Shown: positions 1 to 7,890 of the stretch, one piece after another | How the letters are laid out: each line of letters starts with the position of its first letter | How positions within the stretch are numbered: the first letter of the stretch is position 1 | The notes under the pieces: model-generated | What the model was told of the DNA's origin: nothing | The model's input: the letters and a program-made list of their open reading frames with translations, nothing else | Databases searched by the model: none | Origin: a virus | Taxonomy: Duplodnaviria > Caudoviricetes | Reading direction: 5' to 3' (one strand) | Virus record (IMG/VR): IMGVR_UViG_3300032290_000494 | Location: 1-36,124 of that record | DNA length: 36,124 bases | Made by a program: the position numbers and the translations under genes

Positions 1-123
1 GCCGTGCCGAACATCGGCATGGGCGGATCAAGTTTGTCGAGGCTGAAGCGTTTCTCATAGCGGCAAATGCTTGGTTCCGATGCGGCCACATCTCGGATGT
101 AGTCAATGTAGACCTGCACCGCA
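1..123. repeat. Terminal direct repeat, copy 1 (identical to 36002-36124); assembly overlap indicating a circular or complete genome
   Basis: gccgtgccgaacatc...gacctgcaccgca occurs at both window ends and lies inside a gene that reads through the junction. Confidence 0.95.
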
Positions 124-350
124 CGGGCCATGTTGTCGTCAACCTTGTGGCCGTTATGCTCTTGGCCAATGAAGGCGAAGGCATCTTCATGTCCATTGAC
201 TAAGCAGAACTCACCAAATTCATGCGCAGCCGTACCAAGTTCGGCGTAAGGTGAACTCTCGTTAGGGAACGGAGCCTCGGCGTTGAGTGAACCGGGGCAG
301 TTGATGCGGCGCTTTGCATTCGACGCGCCAAACTTAGCATGTGCTGTCAT
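1..350 (-). CDS. DUF2800-family Cas4-like PD-(D/E)XK nuclease, N-terminal part (continues across the junction to 35206; about 381 aa in total)
   Basis: ATG at 350 overlaps the polymerase stop (ATGA). Manual translation gives MTAHAKFGASNAKRRINCPGS...YAELGTAAHE, a typical DUF2800 N-terminus, in frame with ORF 35206-36120. Confidence 0.88.
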   Translation of the reverse strand, partial: MTAHAKFGASNAKRRINCPGSLNAEAPFPNESSPYAELGTAAHEFGEFCLVNGHEDAFAFIGQEHNGHKVDDNMARAVQVYIDYIRDVAASEPSICRYEKRFSLDKLDPPMPMFGT

Positions 351-3109
351 TTGCGGTACCTTTTTCCCTCTTTACCTTCTGCGTTGATTGGGCAGCCTTT
401 CGCCCATGCCGGAACTCGTGTCATGATGTCAATCATTTCGTCAAGTGAACCAAAATTATCTGGCACTTCGCTAATGATTTCATCGTGTACGGACAGGATG
501 ACATTGTAGCCCTTGACTTCCAACGCCATCATGGCCGTGGCCATCATGTCGCGGGCGGTTGCTTGCACCACGTTCTCCGTCAATAGGCCACCCCAGATAA
601 TCTGAGACACCCACTGACGCGTCACACTATTCAGCGTATCGACTTGGGCTGTGTCGCGCATAGCCCCCCAAGGTGTCTCTCGCTGAATGATGCGCGGATT
701 GTGGTACGTAAGCGACCGCCCGCTAGGTAATGCAAGCCCGACGGTCCCAACCCTGCCTGCTTGCTTCACCATATCTACAAAGTCTTGCTCGATGTCGCGC
801 CAGTATTGCGCGATGCGGTTGTTCTTCTCACGGTAGACAGCCACGATGCGCTTGGCTTCGTCCTCGTCTACCTTTATGCCCATGCTGGCGCACTGTTCGG
901 CGAAGCGTTTGCCCCCCATGCCGTAGCCGCAATTATGGACAATCAAAGGGCCAAGGTCAGTCAGGATCGTGAAGCGGTTCCTCGGCCCCGCGTAACTCAC
1001 GTCGTAAACATGCGACTTCCGCACGCAAACGGTTGATTTCGTTCTGCATAGTTTCCGTTGTGCGGCGGTTAAACATATTTTCAGACCGCGTGATAAAGCG
1101 GAGATTGCCCGGCTGATAGCCCGCGTTGTTGTCGATGCGGTCCAGTTCCAGATGCGGTAAATCCCACCCATCAAGTGTGAGAAGGTAAGAGAGAAACGCC
1201 TTTCGGTCTCGTACCCATTCCGGGTATACCTTGATACCTCGTTCGCCGTAGTGTTTCCAGCCAGCGTTGCTTGGGTTCTCACAACGTTGAATGCACGAGG
1301 ATATGCGGTTGAGTAACCGTTCGCGGTGAAAGTCATCGGGAACAATGCCTGCATAGCCGCGATATTTCTTCTGCGTAACGCCAGACTTACGCTTCGCGCA
1401 ATAGTTGCAACGGGACGATTTACCGCGCAGGATATTGTGTCGATCAATGACGCCAATCCACCCGCAAGAGCATTCGCAGCGCGGATGCCATGCACGTTTG
1501 TGGTTAACCCACTCACGGATGGTAAGTTCACCAAAGACAGCGCCGACTTCAGCAGGGAATGGTTTGTATGGACCTTTTGCCACTCCTGCCACCCATGTTC
1601 CGTCAGTATTTCGTGGTCCGGCGTCGCACCGACCCCATTGACCCGATGAACTTCCTTGTGTCCCTGATACACTACCCCTTGATGTGTCACCCATTCTTCA
1701 CCATCCCATACCCTGTCCTGTGTTGTTAGGTACAGAATAGGTTGCCATCCTCGTTCTGTCAAGACAAGAGTATCTTCCTCAAAACAACCAAGGATTGCCA
1801 TCTTACCAACTTGGCGTTCGTCGTCGCTGATTGCGTCAACGGCTTTGTTGTAGATAGCCGATGCCATATCTTTGTACACGTCTCCCCCCTTTCGGAACGT
1901 CTCAACGAGATCGTTCTGCCCCGCCATCCATGCAAGAACGCGGGCCTCAATCGCCGAGTAGTCGGCAAACATAAGCCGATGGCCATCCTCGGCAATCAGC
2001 ATCGACCGGAGCAAGTCAGAGGCGATGACGGTCCCTGCGCCATGCTCGGATACATCCTCATCCGCTTTGAGTTTGGCGATGATTGCATCTAACTCGTCTT
2101 GTTTCTTTTGCGGACGCGGAAAATTTTGGGGCTGGACGAGCTTCCCTGACCACCGCCCGGTTGCCGCACCATGATACATGAGGAGACCACGCATACGGTC
2201 GTCAGCGTCTGCCGCGTTAAGCATTGCATCGTACTTAGCGGTGCTGGACTTGGCTCCATCTTGGCGTAGCTTCAGCACTTGCTTGATGATGGGGTGCAGC
2301 CCTTCGATGCTCAGCATCCGCGCCACTGTCTGCTTGTCCACTGAGGTGACGTTTAACTCATAGCCACGAAGCCACGCGGTTAAGTCCATTGCGTTCGTTG
2401 CTGCTTTGACTTGGCCGTTCGTAAGGCGCTTGATCTCTGCGTCGATATTCTCCGACGCGGAGTTAGCAAGTTTGCTAACCCGTTCAATCAGGTCGCGGTC
2501 AACCTTAACGCCCCGGTCGTTGATGCGTTGGTCAAGCTGATACAGACGACGCTCACTGTCAGGCATTTCGTTCAGTACTTCCGCGACGGACAGTTCCGTT
2601 CGCACGTCCTGTCGGCAATACGCGACAAGTGCATCGACCTTATCCTTCGTGTTCCACCATGTGTAGCTGCCGTCGGCGTTCACCTTACGCGGCCGTGCCA
2701 TCCGGAGCATAAGGGCCGCGCCCGTCTTGTCCTTCTGTTCTTCAACGCCAAGGACCGCAGCCGCTTGACCAAGTGAACGGGGTAGCCCCATCGCGCTGGC
2801 CTGCGCCATCGTACAGCGCCATTGCTTGATGCGCGTAGCTGGCCACTGATAGCGGCTAACCATGATCTCGTTCCAGATTGTGCGTTCGAAGTTGGCGTTC
2901 CACGCCGAAAGCAACCCGCCCGCCATGATCCAATCTTCGAGATAGGTATCCCGTTCATCGCCCGGCTGCCATACCAGCACGTCGTCAGACCACGGGGCCT
3001 TGTATGCCATGCACCAGATGTCGGTCGATGGATCGGCGGCGTACTTATAGACGCCCGTCTTGCGAAGATCGACGGCGCTGCGCGTCTCGAAGTCGATTGA
3101 TACGGTCAT
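347..3109 (-). CDS. polA: Phage family A DNA polymerase precursor with 3'-5' exonuclease domain, intein-containing (920 aa; about 635 aa after splicing)
   Basis: ExoI IDFET, motif A ADYSAIEARVLAW, motif B RQVGKMAILG/CGYG (interrupted), motif C SVHDEI, plus TGRWSG and ENVVQATARD. Confidence 0.96.
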   Translation of the reverse strand: MTVSIDFETRSAVDLRKTGVYKYAADPSTDIWCMAYKAPWSDDVLVWQPGDERDTYLEDWIMAGGLLSAWNANFERTIWNEIMVSRYQWPATRIKQWRCTMAQASAMGLPRSLGQAAAVLGVEEQKDKTGAALMLRMARPRKVNADGSYTWWNTKDKVDALVAYCRQDVRTELSVAEVLNEMPDSERRLYQLDQRINDRGVKVDRDLIERVSKLANSASENIDAEIKRLTNGQVKAATNAMDLTAWLRGYELNVTSVDKQTVARMLSIEGLHPIIKQVLKLRQDGAKSSTAKYDAMLNAADADDRMRGLLMYHGAATGRWSGKLVQPQNFPRPQKKQDELDAIIAKLKADEDVSEHGAGTVIASDLLRSMLIAEDGHRLMFADYSAIEARVLAWMAGQNDLVETFRKGGDVYKDMASAIYNKAVDAISDDERQVGKMAILGCFEEDTLVLTERGWQPILYLTTQDRVWDGEEWVTHQGVVYQGHKEVHRVNGVGATPDHEILTEHGWQEWQKVHTNHSLLKSALSLVNLPSVSGLTTNVHGIRAANALAGGLASLIDTISCAVNRPVATIARSVSLALRRRNIAAMQALFPMTFTANGYSTAYPRAFNVVRTQATLAGNTTANEVSRYTRNGYETERRFSLTFSHLMGGIYRIWNWTASTTTRAISRAISALSRGLKICLTAAQRKLCRTKSTVCVRKSHVYDVSYAGPRNRFTILTDLGPLIVHNCGYGMGGKRFAEQCASMGIKVDEDEAKRIVAVYREKNNRIAQYWRDIEQDFVDMVKQAGRVGTVGLALPSGRSLTYHNPRIIQRETPWGAMRDTAQVDTLNSVTRQWVSQIIWGGLLTENVVQATARDMMATAMMALEVKGYNVILSVHDEIISEVPDNFGSLDEMIDIMTRVPAWAKGCPINAEGKEGKRYRK
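932..1786 (-). mobile_element. Intein (285 aa, precursor residues 442-726) in polymerase motif B
   Basis: Starts with Cys (CFEEDTLVLTERGW); block B ATPDHEILT; block F VYDVSYAGPRNRF; ends IVHN before a +1 Cys. Removal restores KMAILG-CGYGMG. Confidence 0.95.
957..1694 (-). CDS. HNH homing endonuclease nested in the -1 frame of the intein (start uncertain: ATG 1694 or GTG 1583)
   Basis: Zn-ribbon-like RCECSCG...RCNYC, conserved IQRCENPSNAGWKHYGERGIKV, HNH core LDRIDNNAGYQPGNLRFITRSENMFNRR and a C-terminal coiled-coil-like tail. Confidence 0.9.
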   Translation of the reverse strand: MGDTSRGSVSGTQGSSSGQWGRCDAGPRNTDGTWVAGVAKGPYKPFPAEVGAVFGELTIREWVNHKRAWHPRCECSCGWIGVIDRHNILRGKSSRCNYCAKRKSGVTQKKYRGYAGIVPDDFHRERLLNRISSCIQRCENPSNAGWKHYGERGIKVYPEWVRDRKAFLSYLLTLDGWDLPHLELDRIDNNAGYQPGNLRFITRSENMFNRRTTETMQNEINRLRAEVACLRRELRGAEEPLHDPD

Positions 3110-3253
3110 GCTCTTCCCTCTTTTTGGTCGGTGTCACGTTTGCTTTCCTCATAGCTGGCACAAGTCGCATGGTGTCGTCAACAAAAAAAAGTTCTTGCGT
3201 TCGATATTCAAACTGTGCCACCCAAGAAGGGCAACGAACAAATGAGGGAGATT

Positions 3254-4024
3254 ATGTCGAAGAGTTTTACCCCGTGGCGGCCTGAAGAGGACGCTATTCT
3301 CACAGAACTTTACCATAAAAATCTGACGTACCCGCAGATTGCGGAGGTGATTGGCCGTTCTGCCGACGCCGTTGATACTCGGCGTAGGAAGATTGGGCTG
3401 AAGCGAGAGTTCGTTTCGCACAAATCGCCACCGCCAGATGATTTAAGGGAGATGGCAAGGACCATGAACGTAACGCAACTCGTTAAACATTACGGCCGGA
3501 TCAGGTCGGTGGTCGTTCGTTGGATGGACGAACTTAAACTTACGGAGATCATCGTCAGTTCAAGCGGAAGGAAGAAAACCATTCCGGATAACTTCCGCAC
3601 GATGGCCCCGACCATGACCTGCGCCGCACTCATGCGTCTATACGGCAGCGACCGCAGAACGGTTAAGGGTTGGCTTAGAGAAACAGGTATCGCCTCTATA
3701 CCAAAGGCGGAATGGTACGCAAAAACAGATACGTTTGTTCCGGATGAAGTCAAGGGAGATGAGCCCGTTGCCCGGCGTGAGTTCTCCGGCCACACGAAAC
3801 TGATTGCGGCTGAAGCAGCTAACTTCCTGCGCCGCACGCACCCGTCGGTCCATCGTGCGGATATAAAGATGTACGAGCAGTCGGCCCACACATGGGGCGA
3901 CGTTAAGAATGTACCCTTTCGGGGCATCAATCAGTATTTTGTTTCAGGTAAAGGCATCATGTGGATCGACGATCTCATCGCCTACGCTGAAGCAAAAGGA
4001 TTTAAAATCAAGGAGTTAATATAA
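3254..4024 (+). CDS. Multi-HTH DNA-binding protein with GcrA/Myb-like N-terminal domain
   Basis: WRPEEDAILTELYHKNLTYPQIAEVIGRSADAV..RRKIGL followed by two similar HTH-like units; SD gagggag precedes ATG 3254. Confidence 0.6.
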   Translation: MSKSFTPWRPEEDAILTELYHKNLTYPQIAEVIGRSADAVDTRRRKIGLKREFVSHKSPPPDDLREMARTMNVTQLVKHYGRIRSVVVRWMDELKLTEIIVSSSGRKKTIPDNFRTMAPTMTCAALMRLYGSDRRTVKGWLRETGIASIPKAEWYAKTDTFVPDEVKGDEPVARREFSGHTKLIAAEAANFLRRTHPSVHRADIKMYEQSAHTWGDVKNVPFRGINQYFVSGKGIMWIDDLIAYAEAKGFKIKELI

Positions 4025-4179
4025 TGACACGACCTACAAAAACTACTGAACAAACACCGCCCACCGTCAACGAGAAGGAAGCGATCATTGCTTGGCTTCG
4101 CTCAGGTAAGATGAACATGTTCGAGCGCAACACGCGTTGGCTGGCGGATCGGATTGCAGAAGGAGATCATTTAAAATGA
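4024..4179 (+). CDS. Hypothetical protein (51 aa, MTRPTKTT...EGDHLK)
   Basis: TAATG coupling to the upstream stop and SD aaggag; below the ORF-track cutoff and translated manually. Confidence 0.7.
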   Translation: MTRPTKTTEQTPPTVNEKEAIIAWLRSGKMNMFERNTRWLADRIAEGDHLK

Positions 4180-4244
4180 TACGCCGCATCATCGACTGGC
4201 TCATAGAGCGCATGTTTAGAAACGAAAAGGATTGGGATCAATGA
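4176..4244 (+). CDS. Small hypothetical peptide (22 aa, MIRRIIDWLIERMFRNEKDWDQ)
   Basis: ATGA overlaps at both ends, SD aaggag upstream, and it exactly fills the gap in the operon. Confidence 0.6.
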   Translation: MIRRIIDWLIERMFRNEKDWDQ

Positions 4245-4459
4245 AACAGGTATTAGCAGCACAACTGGCCGAGTGGATACACGACAACACACGAGGCTAC
4301 ACCAGCCGGGATGGCAACAGAATAAAAATCGAAGGCCAGATTGATGCCTACGAACTTCTGCTATATGTCCAGTCGCTTATAAACGACAGAAGCACGAAGC
4401 AAATCTACGCAGACAATCAGGCTGCTTACACTGGCCGGAGTGTCGCCGAAAGGGTCTAG
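4241..4459 (+). CDS. Hypothetical protein
   Basis: ATGA-coupled ORF MKQVLAAQLAEW... within a tightly packed operon. Confidence 0.7.
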   Translation: MKQVLAAQLAEWIHDNTRGYTSRDGNRIKIEGQIDAYELLLYVQSLINDRSTKQIYADNQAAYTGRSVAERV

Positions 4460-4461
4460 TA

Positions 4462-4683
4462 ATGGACAAGATAAGATGGAAGGACGAAGAACAAACGGTT
4501 GAGTTTGTTCCAGTATTCGTAATCGGATTTGAAGAAGACTTTGAACGCGGCGTAGTAATGACAACCGCCGCCCACGCATTGTTGACCGAAGCCGAGCCGG
4601 AGTTTGCGCTCTACGCGATAGACGCAGCGATGGACATACTGCTCCAGAGACGAGACCAAATTGAAAAGAGGGAGTTGCACTAA
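4462..4683 (+). CDS. Hypothetical protein (73 aa)
   Basis: Operon packing; its stop overlaps the primase start (TAATG). Confidence 0.7.
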   Translation: MDKIRWKDEEQTVEFVPVFVIGFEEDFERGVVMTTAAHALLTEAEPEFALYAIDAAMDILLQRRDQIEKRELH

Positions 4684-7157
4684 TGAAATTTAAAACGCTG
4701 TATGAGATTGGGTTCACCGATCTCGTGTCCGTTATCCCGCCGAACGCAGAGTTGTCGGCCATGTCTAAAATCCAAGCGGATCAGGCAGGCAAAGCACCCG
4801 GTCGGCAGAATGCGCAAGGCACATGGGGCGGGTACGCTTGGCAGGACTATGTGCCGACGCCGAATGACGTTGAGCGGTGGGACCGCAGCCATGCTAATAT
4901 CGGCTTGAAGGCCAGCAAATATCCTGCGGTTGACATTGATGTTGTTAACGAGGGGCTGGCTAGGGTCATTGGCGATATGGCGGTGAAGGCATTGGGCAAA
5001 GCCCCGATGCGTATCGGTCGTTTCCCCAAGCGGTTGTTCATGTATCGCACCGATGAAAAGATCGGCCGGATGCAGGTGCGGTTCCGCGATGACCGTGGCG
5101 TCGAGCAGCTTGTAGAATTTCTGGGTGACGGGCAGCAGTACGTCATCGCCGGTATCCACCCTATCACTAAGGAGCCGTACAGTCTTGATGTGGACCTGAC
5201 GCAACGTGGCCCGGCTGTGTTGAAGAAGGTTACGCGGGAAAAGATTGAGCGGTTCTTTGCGGATCTGACGGAGACGTTGGAGATGATGGGCTGCGAGATT
5301 ATCCACGCGGATAAGACGGCACAGAAGGCAGTCGAACGCCAGTCGGTCGATCAAGTGTCGCTCACCGCGCCAAGCATTACGCATGTGGCCGCAGCGGTAG
5401 CCGCTATCCCAAACAAGACCGAGCATTTCCCAGACCGCGATGACTATATTCGCATGGGCTATGCCATCAAGGCGGCGTGTGGCCCAGACCATGAGCCGGA
5501 CGCGTTCGAGATATTCGCATCTTGGGCCGAGCGTTGGGAAGACGGGGTTAACTCGCTCGATACTATCGAAGCGGACTTCGGCCGTATGCACCCGCCCTAT
5601 GAGTTGGGTTGGGATTGGCTGGCCGGTAAGGCTGCGACCTTTGGCTACAAGCGCGAGGTCGATGAGTTCGATGTGACGGACTTTGACGATGACGACTTCG
5701 GCATGGTGGCGTCAGCAGGAGAAACGCCGATTGAGTATAGCGACATTGCTTTGGCGCAGCGCGTTGCTCGGTTACACGTTTCGGACATCCGATACGTTGT
5801 GGGCGGCATGGGCTGGGTCGCATGGGACGGCAACAAGTGGGCGAAGGACGTGGCGAACAAGCACCTGTCCATCGTCCGCAAGGTTTGCGCGAACGCGTCG
5901 GCCGAGGCGTTGCAGCACATTGACAGCCCGCAAAAGGGCGAGAGAATTGCTCAACGTGTGGCGTCATACAATGTGATCGCAAACGTGGCGAAGCTGGCAG
6001 CGGTTGAGCCGTCAATGCAGGCGACCACCGAGCAGCTAGACGCGGACATCTATATCCTCAACACCCGGTCGGGGATGGTGGACCTGAAGACAGGGGCGTT
6101 GCTGGCGCATGACCGTTCTCGCATGTGTACAAAATGCACATCGGTCGAGGCGGACTTCAGCAAGCCAGCCCCGCAATGGCAGGCGTTTCTGAATGAGGCG
6201 TGCAACGGTGACGCTGAGATGATCTCTTACCTTCAAAGGTTGGCTGGCTATTCCGCGACGGGTAGTACGAAGGAGCATGTCCTTGCCTTCGCCCACGGGT
6301 CCGGCGGCAATGGCAAAGGGACGTTCCTTGGAGCGATAGGCAATATCCTTGGCGATTATGCCACCGTGGCCAGTGCGGACGTATTCTTGGCGTCGAACAA
6401 TCAGCGGCATCCCACAGAGTTGGCGTCGTTGATGGGTGCGAGGCTCGTTCACGCGCAGGAAATCGACCCGTCACGCAAGTGGGACGAAGCCAAGGTGAAG
6501 TCGTTGACTGGCGGGGACAAGATCAGTGCGCGGTTCATGCGTCAGGATTTGTTTGAGTTCAATCCGCAGTTCACGTTGGTCATTGCGGGCAACACCAAGC
6601 CAGAGATTACTAATGTTGATGACGCCATGCGGCGTCGTATGCACCTCATACCCTTCGACACCAAACCGGTTCGTAAGGACATGGACCTGCCCGACAAGCT
6701 GAAGGAAGAATACCCAGCCATCTTGGCGTGGATTATCGAGGGTGCAAAGGCATGGATGGCGGAGGGGTTGAACCCACCACAGGCCGTAATCCAAGCTACC
6801 GATGAGTATCTCGCAGGAGAGGACGCATTGGCCCGCTGGATCACGGAGCGTTGCGTGGCTGGCGTTGACAATGAGATGACTACCAACGAGGCGTTCAATG
6901 ACTTCCGCGACTGGTGCAAGGATAACAACGAAGCCAAGGGCAAGGAATGGTCGCAGCGTAAGTTCAACGGAGAGATGAAGACGCATGGCTTTGAACCCAC
7001 AAGGGACCGGGCGACACGAACGAAGCGTGTGTTCCGTGGTCTTGAACTTCTCATAGGCGATGAGGACTATATGGTCATCAACGCCATGATTGACGAAGGG
7101 TCGGAGGATTTCTTCGGCGTTCAGATTAACTTCAAGGCAGATGGGGAGGACATGTAA
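4683..7157 (+). CDS. Bifunctional primase-polymerase / P4-D5-type SF3 helicase
   Basis: Prim-pol motifs (NIGL, AVDIDV, QYVIAGIHP), PriCT-2-like region, D5_N region, Walker A GSGGNGKGT and KSLTGGDKISARF. Confidence 0.93.
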   Translation: MKFKTLYEIGFTDLVSVIPPNAELSAMSKIQADQAGKAPGRQNAQGTWGGYAWQDYVPTPNDVERWDRSHANIGLKASKYPAVDIDVVNEGLARVIGDMAVKALGKAPMRIGRFPKRLFMYRTDEKIGRMQVRFRDDRGVEQLVEFLGDGQQYVIAGIHPITKEPYSLDVDLTQRGPAVLKKVTREKIERFFADLTETLEMMGCEIIHADKTAQKAVERQSVDQVSLTAPSITHVAAAVAAIPNKTEHFPDRDDYIRMGYAIKAACGPDHEPDAFEIFASWAERWEDGVNSLDTIEADFGRMHPPYELGWDWLAGKAATFGYKREVDEFDVTDFDDDDFGMVASAGETPIEYSDIALAQRVARLHVSDIRYVVGGMGWVAWDGNKWAKDVANKHLSIVRKVCANASAEALQHIDSPQKGERIAQRVASYNVIANVAKLAAVEPSMQATTEQLDADIYILNTRSGMVDLKTGALLAHDRSRMCTKCTSVEADFSKPAPQWQAFLNEACNGDAEMISYLQRLAGYSATGSTKEHVLAFAHGSGGNGKGTFLGAIGNILGDYATVASADVFLASNNQRHPTELASLMGARLVHAQEIDPSRKWDEAKVKSLTGGDKISARFMRQDLFEFNPQFTLVIAGNTKPEITNVDDAMRRRMHLIPFDTKPVRKDMDLPDKLKEEYPAILAWIIEGAKAWMAEGLNPPQAVIQATDEYLAGEDALARWITERCVAGVDNEMTTNEAFNDFRDWCKDNNEAKGKEWSQRKFNGEMKTHGFEPTRDRATRTKRVFRGLELLIGDEDYMVINAMIDEGSEDFFGVQINFKADGEDM

Positions 7158-7507
7158 TGTATGGGAATGATTTTATGCGGTATAAGGAAGTGAGAGATAT
7201 GCTTAATGATATGGGGTATGATGGGACGGAGCCATTGCTTGTTAACGAGCAGACCGGACAGGTTCTACCGTTGAAGGTCGATGTGGTTAATAGCCCGCCG
7301 CATTATAAGGCCGGAGGCATCGAGGCTATCGAAGGGATCGAAGCGTCGATGGGTCCGGAGGCATATGCTGGCTACCTCAAGGGCAACATCATGAAATATA
7401 TGTGGCGCTATGAGAGAAAAGGGAAGCCCGTTGAGGACTTGAAGAAGGCTCAATGGTATCTTGGTCGGCTCATCGCTGCGCAGGAAAAAGTGAGCAGCCA
7501 AGATTGA
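7157..7507 (+). CDS. DUF3310 (T7 gp1.7/SaV-like) protein
   Basis: VNSPPHY...IEAIE...GNIMKYMWRYERKG..EDLKKAQWYL signature. Confidence 0.88.
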   Translation: MYGNDFMRYKEVRDMLNDMGYDGTEPLLVNEQTGQVLPLKVDVVNSPPHYKAGGIEAIEGIEASMGPEAYAGYLKGNIMKYMWRYERKGKPVEDLKKAQWYLGRLIAAQEKVSSQD

Positions 7508-7567
7508 AACGCACACCTAAATGTTGGCGCTGTTGATTAAGAGGTTTACGTTAACGTAAAGCAGACT

Positions 7568-7592
7568 AAGGGGGCTTCGGCTCCCTTTTTTT
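7568..7592 (+). terminator. Rho-independent terminator
   Basis: aagggggc-ttcg-gctccctt hairpin (cUUCGg loop) running into a T7 tract, after the replication operon. Confidence 0.85.
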
Positions 7593-7878
7593 AAATCCGT
7601 GCACGGTTTGAGATGGTTCGGGCCGGGTTGGTGCACGGTTTAGGGCCGGATAAAATGGCTGAAATCTAAGGATGTGCCGGAAGTGCCGGGTTTAAAAAAG
7701 TTAATCCGCTCTCACGACAGTAACAGTGTTAGAAGTGTCATATTACACTGTTACTTATTTATGGGGACTAATGGGCCGACAAACCCGGCACTCCGTGCAC
7801 ATTGGCGGAAATGCGTGGATAAACCCGGCCCTAAACCCGGCCCAAACCCGGCACGGATTTTTCAAACCGTGCACGGAT
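7593..7878. repeat. Symmetric iteron/inverted-repeat array; putative replication origin or packaging site
   Basis: 17-bp inverted repeat at 7595-7611/7862-7878. AAACCCGGC at 7781, 7821, 7833 and 7844, with reverse-oriented variants on the left. Central AT-rich 11-bp inverted repeat at 7719-7729/7745-7755. Confidence 0.75.
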
Positions 7879-7890
7879 GGCAGTTTTCCG

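Noticed and set aside
1000-1580. Polymerase as a frameshifted pseudogene or interrupted by a group I intron
   Set aside because: The frame is open end to end with intact intein splicing residues, and protein-level excision restores motif B exactly, so no RNA splicing is needed.
4680-5591. 303-aa antisense ORF and other long shadow ORFs (e.g. 14754-15539, 27779-28549, 29943-30671)
   Set aside because: They are antisense to well-supported genes, lack recognisable motifs, and are expected from codon bias at this GC content.
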